A stretch of DNA of 64,000 nt, from NCBI GenBank assembly GCA_963803435.1, contig CAWDML010000001.1, positions 1 to 64,000 on the forward strand. The letters are read 5' to 3'. The position numbers and the translations under genes were made by a program. Shown piece after piece: positions 57,987 to 64,000 of the stretch (the stretch's first letter is position 1; every line of letters begins with the position of its first letter). The notes under the pieces are model-generated. The model ran no database searches. It was not told where the DNA came from and worked only from the letters and a program-made list of their open reading frames with translations. This DNA comes from an uncultured delta proteobacterium. Lineage in GTDB: Bacteria; Myxococcota; Kuafuiibacteriia; Kuafuiibacteriales; Kuafuiibacteriaceae.

Positions 57987-59368
57987 GCAAAATGTCCGGT
58001 CACGCACACGTTCTCTGGGTAGAGAAGACCGAACGCGACTTCGCGCACCTCAAGCAGACGCTGGGGCCGGCCCGGTTCCGGCTGGCGCGGGCCGAGACCC
58101 TCGCCGAGGCCCTCGAGGTGCTGACGTCGCTGCCAATCGAGGTCCTGGTCCTCGACCCGGATCTCCCGGACGGACCCGGCATCGGGGCGATCCGGCTGGT
58201 CCGCGAGCAAGCCCCCTATGTCCCGATGGTCGCGCTGGTCGGTGAGAACGGCCGAGCGGCGGCCGAGCTCCTCGAGGCCGGCGCCGAAGAGGTGCTGGGC
58301 AAGAACGCGATCTCGCCGGTCATCCTGCGCGCACTGCGGCACGCGATCGATCGCGCGCGCTGGTCCGCCCAGACGCGCCAGCTGCTGCGGATCCAGCCCG
58401 ACGCCGCGCTGATCATCGACAAGAGGGACCTGGTGGTGTTCGCCAACGGGCCCGCCGAGCGGCTGTTCGGACGCGGGATCGTGGGAGCGAAGCTCCCGCT
58501 GGCTGTCGGTCCCGGCGTCCGCCGGGGGCGCCTCCCGGCTTCGCTCGGAGGGGAGCAAGCGGAGATCCGCGTCGCAGAGATGCTGTGGGGTGGCTCCCGC
58601 GGATCGGTGGTGTCGATCCGTCTCCTCGACTCGCCCAACATCGCGTTCGACGACCGTATCACCCACCTGAGCCGGCTGGCCTCGGTCGGCGCGCTCTGCT
58701 CGAGCGTCACGCACGAGGCCAACAATCTGAGCATGGGCGTGCTGGCGAACCTCGCCGTCCTCCAACACGAGCTCGCGGGAAACCGCTCAGAGCCGACCAA
58801 CCCCGAGGTCACGGCGCTGATCAACGAGAGCATCCTGACACTGAAGCGCGTCAGCACGATGCTCGCCGACGTCTGCGCGTTCGTGCGGCGCGACGGCGCA
58901 GGCGTGGAGTGGGTCGACGTCAACGAGGTGGTCACCAGCGCCTGCCGCTGGATTCGCAAGCGGCTCCACCAGCAGGCACGGCTGGTCACGGCGCTCGGCG
59001 AGGTCCCCCCGATCGCCGCCGACGCCACCGAGCTCCGCCAGGTGCTGATCAACCTGCTCTTGAACGCGGTCCAGGCGATCGAGCGGCGCGGCGGATCGGG
59101 TCACCGGATCGCGGTCGAGACACGCGTCGAGCACGATAAGCTGCTGGTCACGGTCGAAGACACCGGAGCCGGGATCCCGGACGATCTGAAGAAGCGCATC
59201 TTCCAGCCCTTCTTCACCACCAGCCCCAAGAGTGAGGGCACCGGGCTCGGGCTCTCCATCACGAGCGAGATCATCCGGCGCCTCGGCGGCGAGATCGAGG
59301 TCGAGAGCCTCGACACCGGCTCACTCTTCAAGGTCGTCCTGCCGCAGCAGACCGCCCTTCAGCCCTGA
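57983..59368 (+). CDS. Hybrid sensor histidine kinase (REC-PAS-HisKA-HATPase)
   Basis: LVLDPDLPDG receiver, FANGPAERLFG PAS, THEANN H-box, QVLINLLLNA, DTGAGIP, IFQPFFTT, GTGLGL. Confidence 0.9.
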   Translation: MSKMSGHAHVLWVEKTERDFAHLKQTLGPARFRLARAETLAEALEVLTSLPIEVLVLDPDLPDGPGIGAIRLVREQAPYVPMVALVGENGRAAAELLEAGAEEVLGKNAISPVILRALRHAIDRARWSAQTRQLLRIQPDAALIIDKRDLVVFANGPAERLFGRGIVGAKLPLAVGPGVRRGRLPASLGGEQAEIRVAEMLWGGSRGSVVSIRLLDSPNIAFDDRITHLSRLASVGALCSSVTHEANNLSMGVLANLAVLQHELAGNRSEPTNPEVTALINESILTLKRVSTMLADVCAFVRRDGAGVEWVDVNEVVTSACRWIRKRLHQQARLVTALGEVPPIAADATELRQVLINLLLNAVQAIERRGGSGHRIAVETRVEHDKLLVTVEDTGAGIPDDLKKRIFQPFFTTSPKSEGTGLGLSITSEIIRRLGGEIEVESLDTGSLFKVVLPQQTALQP

Positions 59369-59369
59369 C

Positions 59370-61343
59370 TCAGAGCCTCCACTCAATCCCGCCGAAGGCG
59401 AGGATCGTCTCCTGCTGCGAGAGCTTGTCCCAGCCCGCCACCCCGCCGCCGTCCTGGCGGTAGTAGTCGGCGGCACCGAGGTCGGGCTGCTGCAGGTACA
59501 GGGCGACGCTCTCGCGGAAGTAGCGGAACGTCCCGCGGAGCGAGAGCGCGCCGGGGAACCAATCGCGCGGGAGCGTGTAGGTGAGGGTCCCGCCGGTGTC
59601 GAAGGCGGGGATCTCGCCGGCGTAGTAGCGCGCGTCGGCGCCCAGGTAGAGGCCGAACAGGCCGCGCCCGATGCCGCCCGAGACCACCGCCTTGGCCTGG
59701 GACTCGTCGTCGACGATGTACGAGACCTCGAAGTTGGCGTCGATGATGTCCGGGTTCCGATAGCGGGCACCGAGACCCGGGACCAGCCGGACCGCGCTCG
59801 GCGCGATCGTGTTGCCGGAGGCCTGCACGAGGGCGTCCCGGTTGACGTTGGAGTCGCGGATGAGCGCGTTGAAGCGGGCGCTGATCTCGAGATCGCGAAG
59901 CACGCGGTACGCGCCGCGGACCCACGCCGAGTTGTACACGCTCGTCATCAACACGGCGTCGAAGGGTACGATCGGTTGATTGTCTTGACCGAGCACCGTG
60001 CGATCGCCGTTGTTGGCCAGGACGGCGTTGGTGCCGGCGGCCGAGAACGTGTAGCCGCCCGAGACCGCGTAGAGCACCGTGCTGAAGCGACCGCCCCCCA
60101 GCGCCAGGGAGAGGTCGTCGAACGGCGTCCAGGAGAAGGAGCCGGTCACGTTCTGGACGGCCTGGCCCCCGGGGAGCACGTCGAACCAGCCGTTCACCAC
60201 CATGTTGAGCTCGGGGAGGATCAGCCAGGAGCCGTCGAGATAGAGGTAGGCGCGATCGATGTCGGCGAGGTTGGCCGCGATGTTCGCGTACGTGACCACG
60301 CCGGCGACGTTCACCACGAGCTCGGGGAGCTGGAGCGAGACGAAGGCGCCGCCGGTGTACCAGTCGGCGCTGAAGACCTCGGTGCTGCGGAGGTTCCAGT
60401 TGTAGCCGTACGGGTTGCCGGTCACGCCGCCGAACAGGCCGGCGCGCAGCCAGTCCACGATGCGGAACCGCGCCGCGATGCCGTCCGCCTGGGCGTAGCC
60501 GGCCTCACGGATCGCGAGGCGGCCGAGCGCGACGCCCCACCAGGGTCCTCCGGTGCTGCGGAACTCGTTGAGCCCGTAGCTGGCGTACGCCTCGTTGAGC
60601 CGGTAGTCCGTGAAACGACTGCCGTTGATCTGCGGCCGATACTCGACGTCGAGATGGAGGGCGAAGTCGCTGCCGGCGATGTGATCGTAGCCGAGGGTGG
60701 CGCGGGCGCGCAGGAAGTCGATATCGCGCGAGCCGGCGTCGGCCTGCACCGTGGGGATGGACCAGTCCCCCTGATCGTACTGGCTGGCGGCGTTGGGGTT
60801 CGGGAGCGCCGCGGTGGGGCCGAGCACCCGATCGAGGCCGCTGGTCTGGAGGTGGTAGCCGCTGAAGCTGAGCCGCGCCGAGAGGATCTCCTCGCTGCCC
60901 CCGCCGAGCAGGCTCTGTCCCGGCGTCTCGACCGTCGTCGTGATCGGGACAGCGCGGGCGGGAAGCTTCGCGGTGACCGGCACCGGCGACGCGATCGGGA
61001 CCATCGCGCCGCGATTCGACCAGCGCGAGGCCGCGCCGGGCGTCAGCTTCGAGCTCTGTCGCCGCTCGAGCTCGAGCTTCTTCTTGGCCGCCTCGACCCG
61101 CTCCTCCTCGGCCTTCTGGGCGTTCTTGGCGTCCTCCGCCGCCTTGGCCTCCTCCTCCCGCTTCTTCGCCTCTTCCTGCTTCTGCGCCTCTGCTTCGGCC
61201 TTCGACCGCTTCTTCTTCCCCCGCCGCTTCTTCTTGTGTGGCTGGGCGGCGAGCAGGCTCGGAACGCTGGAACCGTCCTGCGCGATCGCGAGCGGCTCCG
61301 CGGCAAGAGCGAGCAACATCGTGGCGACGAGGAGCTTTCTCAT
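59370..61343 (-). CDS. Putative outer-membrane beta-barrel protein (cytochrome-associated porin)
   Basis: Signal peptide MRKLLVATMLLALAAEPLAIA, Lys/Glu/Ala helical extension, alternating aromatic/Gly beta strands, C-terminal FGGIEWRL; ATGA overlap with cytochrome stop. Confidence 0.7.
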   Translation of the reverse strand: MRKLLVATMLLALAAEPLAIAQDGSSVPSLLAAQPHKKKRRGKKKRSKAEAEAQKQEEAKKREEEAKAAEDAKNAQKAEEERVEAAKKKLELERRQSSKLTPGAASRWSNRGAMVPIASPVPVTAKLPARAVPITTTVETPGQSLLGGGSEEILSARLSFSGYHLQTSGLDRVLGPTAALPNPNAASQYDQGDWSIPTVQADAGSRDIDFLRARATLGYDHIAGSDFALHLDVEYRPQINGSRFTDYRLNEAYASYGLNEFRSTGGPWWGVALGRLAIREAGYAQADGIAARFRIVDWLRAGLFGGVTGNPYGYNWNLRSTEVFSADWYTGGAFVSLQLPELVVNVAGVVTYANIAANLADIDRAYLYLDGSWLILPELNMVVNGWFDVLPGGQAVQNVTGSFSWTPFDDLSLALGGGRFSTVLYAVSGGYTFSAAGTNAVLANNGDRTVLGQDNQPIVPFDAVLMTSVYNSAWVRGAYRVLRDLEISARFNALIRDSNVNRDALVQASGNTIAPSAVRLVPGLGARYRNPDIIDANFEVSYIVDDESQAKAVVSGGIGRGLFGLYLGADARYYAGEIPAFDTGGTLTYTLPRDWFPGALSLRGTFRYFRESVALYLQQPDLGAADYYRQDGGGVAGWDKLSQQETILAFGGIEWRL

Positions 61344-63925
61344 GGCGGCACATCGTTGAGCGCGCCCGCGAAGGTGAACTGCGTGTGGCAGTTCTCGCAG
61401 TCGAAGCTCTTCATCTGGTTGATGCCGACGCCGCCCGTGATGTAGAACGGCGCGCCGGCCGGATCCCCCTGCTGCTGATAGACGTCGTTGCCCTGCCCCT
61501 TCCCGTTGTTCCCGACGTGCCAGGGCGCCTGCAGATAGTCTCGCAGGTGGCAGTTGTAGCAGCGCGGGTTCTTGCCCAGGAAATAGTTCCCGGCGAGGTG
61601 GCACTGGCGGCACTCGAGCGAGCGATGCATGCCCTCGAGCACGTAGCCCGTGTCGGTGTGCGTGAACGTCGTCGGTACCCAGCCGTCCTGGAGATGGCAG
61701 GAGCCGCACTCGGATCCGAACGACCCGGCGTGGATGTCGTCCTGCGCGTGGCAGGTCCCACAGCGCTGCCCCTTGCCTCGCATGCTGCCCGCACCGGTGT
61801 GGCAGGTCGCGCAGGCGACGATGGTATGGGCGCCGGTCAGCGAGAAGCCGGCCGACTCGTGGTAACCGTTGCGCGGCGGGGCCGCCCACTGCTCGAAGCC
61901 GTGGCAGGAGTCGCACTCCAGCTTGCTCCGCACCTGGTGCGGATCCGGGTGGCAGGTGTCGCACTCCTTCCCCGCCACGCGGAACAAGAGATCGAGCGGC
62001 GCGCCCGGCGGAGCGACGGCCACCTTCTGCGTCGAGGCGTCCGAGCCCGGTAGGACCGGTTGACGCGCGTCCTCCTCCTTCGAGGCTTTCGGCCCGTTCT
62101 CGTCGTTCGAGGGGAGCGCGATCGGCTTACTCCCCTTCGCGGGCTCCACCAGGAAGTGGCAGCGCTCGCATTCGATCCGCGCGTGCACGCCCTCCTGCTT
62201 GAAGTCGGTGTGGACGTTGTGGTCGAACTTCGGCGCGCCGCCGGTGGTCTCGTGGCACTTGGCGCAGTCATCGCCGAGCTTCTTCTGGTGGACGTCATCC
62301 TTCGCGTGGCACGAGAAGCACTGCATCTTCTCCAGCTTGTACTTCCGCTTCGGATGGCACTCGTCGCACGACACCAGCTGGTGAAAGCCGGTGAGACTGA
62401 AGCGCGAGTCGCGGTTGTGATCGAAGACCAGCGTCTTGAAGTTCTCACCGCCGGTGTGGCACTTCGCGCAGTCCTTCCCCAGCTCGCCCTGATGGATGTC
62501 GGTATGGCAGCCGAAGCACTGCGGCTCGAGGCCCGTGTACTTGACGGCGTTCCGGCACTGGTCCGTCTCCCCCAGGTTCTGCGGCTTGTGGCAGCGCTCG
62601 CACTCCACCTTCGCGTGCGCGCGCTCGAGCGGGAAGCGCGTGAGGTTGTGATCGAACTTGGACGTGCGATCGCCGCCGCGCACGTGGCACCGCTCGCAGT
62701 TCTTCAACCCGAACTGACCGCAGTGGGCCTTCTGGTGCCGATGGCAATCGGCGCACTGGGTGGTCTTGAAGCGCTCGTAGCCCGCCGCCAGTCCGCCCCG
62801 GTGACACTCGGTGCAGGGCGCCGTCTGGTGCTTCCCGGTCAGCTCGAACTTCGTCTTCTTGTCGTGGTCGAAGACGATCGTCGCCTTGAAGCCCTGCTCG
62901 GTGTGGCAGCCCTCGCAGGTCTCCTTGCCGAACCGACCCTCGTGGATGTCCTTGTGGCAGCCGACGCAGGCCATCTTCGGCTTCTCCGGCGGGCTGTTGA
63001 TCTTGTGGCAGTCCTTGCACTGGTTCTTCAGGTGCTGCCCGCGCAGCGGGAAGTGCGTCTCCTTGCCGTGATCGAACTTCGTGTTGCGGAAGTTCGTCTT
63101 CATCGAGTGGCACTGCTGGCACTTGCGGGTCGCCGAGATCACCGACTTGTGGGAGTCCTCGTGGCACCCCTTGCAGTCCGCGAAGTCGTGATCCTCTTTC
63201 TTCACCTTGAAGGTCTCGATGTTGTCCTTGTGGCACTGGATGCACTTGTTCCGCTGATGGAACCCGACCAGCGGGAAGGCCGTCTTGTCGTGATCCCACT
63301 TGGTGGCGCCCAGGTTCGCGACCAGGAAGTTGTTGAAGTTATGGCAGACCTGGCAGTCCGTCAGCGACGAGTCGGTGAACTGGTGCGGGTTGTAGCCGCC
63401 GATGCCCTTGTCCTTCTTCGTGCCGTGATGGCAGGTGGTGCACTCCTCCCGCATCCCGAGATACGTCGGCAGCTTCGACTCCGGATACTTCTCCGCGTGG
63501 CACTTCTCACAGTTCTGGAAGCGGTGCGCGCCGTCGAGCGGCCAGCCCGTGAGACGGTGGTTGAAGTTTGCCTTCCCGCCGAACGGCTTCCAGTCGATGG
63601 TGGTGCGACGGCCCTTGCCTGATCCCGGCGGCTCCTCTTTGTGCTCCGCGTGGCAGACCTTGCAGTGCTTGCTCTTCACGTCCTGCTGCGCGTGGAAGCC
63701 TTTGCCCGCTTGGATCCGCGCGCGCAGCTTCTGATGCGTATGGCAGGCGAGACACTTGTCATCCGGCACGCCGTTGCCGGAGTCGTGGCACTTGTTGCAG
63801 CCGACCGGGAAGCCGCCAAGCCCCTGGTGGGCCTTGGAGCGCGGGCCTGGCTCCTGGGCTCGAGCCGTGCCTTGGTGGAGCAGCACCGATACCAGCAGCA
63901 CCGATGCGATCGCGAATATCCTCAT
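61340..63925 (-). CDS. 30-heme cytochrome c (ten tandem triheme repeats)
   Basis: Sec signal; 30 CxxCH motifs counted by hand; repeat FDH..T.F.L.G.H....CxxCH..CxxCH...H......CxxCH. Confidence 0.95.
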   Translation of the reverse strand: MRIFAIASVLLVSVLLHQGTARAQEPGPRSKAHQGLGGFPVGCNKCHDSGNGVPDDKCLACHTHQKLRARIQAGKGFHAQQDVKSKHCKVCHAEHKEEPPGSGKGRRTTIDWKPFGGKANFNHRLTGWPLDGAHRFQNCEKCHAEKYPESKLPTYLGMREECTTCHHGTKKDKGIGGYNPHQFTDSSLTDCQVCHNFNNFLVANLGATKWDHDKTAFPLVGFHQRNKCIQCHKDNIETFKVKKEDHDFADCKGCHEDSHKSVISATRKCQQCHSMKTNFRNTKFDHGKETHFPLRGQHLKNQCKDCHKINSPPEKPKMACVGCHKDIHEGRFGKETCEGCHTEQGFKATIVFDHDKKTKFELTGKHQTAPCTECHRGGLAAGYERFKTTQCADCHRHQKAHCGQFGLKNCERCHVRGGDRTSKFDHNLTRFPLERAHAKVECERCHKPQNLGETDQCRNAVKYTGLEPQCFGCHTDIHQGELGKDCAKCHTGGENFKTLVFDHNRDSRFSLTGFHQLVSCDECHPKRKYKLEKMQCFSCHAKDDVHQKKLGDDCAKCHETTGGAPKFDHNVHTDFKQEGVHARIECERCHFLVEPAKGSKPIALPSNDENGPKASKEEDARQPVLPGSDASTQKVAVAPPGAPLDLLFRVAGKECDTCHPDPHQVRSKLECDSCHGFEQWAAPPRNGYHESAGFSLTGAHTIVACATCHTGAGSMRGKGQRCGTCHAQDDIHAGSFGSECGSCHLQDGWVPTTFTHTDTGYVLEGMHRSLECRQCHLAGNYFLGKNPRCYNCHLRDYLQAPWHVGNNGKGQGNDVYQQQGDPAGAPFYITGGVGINQMKSFDCENCHTQFTFAGALNDVPP

Positions 63926-63960
63926 TCGAATCCCGCCCTCGCGGATGCTGCCGAACGTTG

Positions 63961-63976
63961 TGCCATTTACGTGCCA
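63961..63976 (-). promoter_or_regulatory. Probable sigma54 promoter of the cytochrome-porin operon
   Basis: Minus strand TGGCAC-GTAAA-TGGCA (GG-N10-GC), 35 nt before the ATG. Confidence 0.6.
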
Positions 63977-64000
63977 CCGAGTTCAACCCACATCGGGACC

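Noticed and set aside
63991-64000. Window ends in CATCGGGACC, identical to the inner edge of the IS hexamer array (possible fourth end)
   Set aside because: Only 10 bp are visible; needs sequence beyond 64000 to show further GGGACC units and the TIR

Overview
High-GC bacterial chromosome segment, most consistent with a Myxococcota/deltaproteobacterial genome (inferred from AgmX/PglI-type TonB-C, FHA, SycD-like TPR and multiheme genes). Housekeeping blocks: ttcA, xth/def, rho, pit/DUF47, ygfZ, NAD kinase, rpmE-DUF1385-prfA-prmC-hisG-hisD(frameshifted)-hisB-hisH and tolQRAB-pal. There is also a polysaccharide-modification operon (two AsnB-type amidotransferases, OPT transporter, GT4). No rRNA, tRNA or CRISPR array was seen. 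Best candidates for something new: (1) a CRISPR-independent TPR-CHAT protease / ECF sigma / zf-HC2 anti-sigma module with a shared GG-A9-N11/12-CTCGTAGG promoter-like motif in front of the anti-sigma gene and of an orphan gene-histidine kinase operon; (2) a full-length LigA paralogue that has lost all recognisable catalytic motifs; (3) a sigma54-type operon of a 30-heme cytochrome coupled to a beta-barrel; (4) a single-chain ExbB/TolQ-ExbD/TolR-TonB-C fusion; (5) three differently deleted copies of a CTAG-targeting IS1182-like element with GGTCCC subterminal arrays and a four-helix-bundle passenger. All family assignments come from reading motifs by eye; no database search was run.
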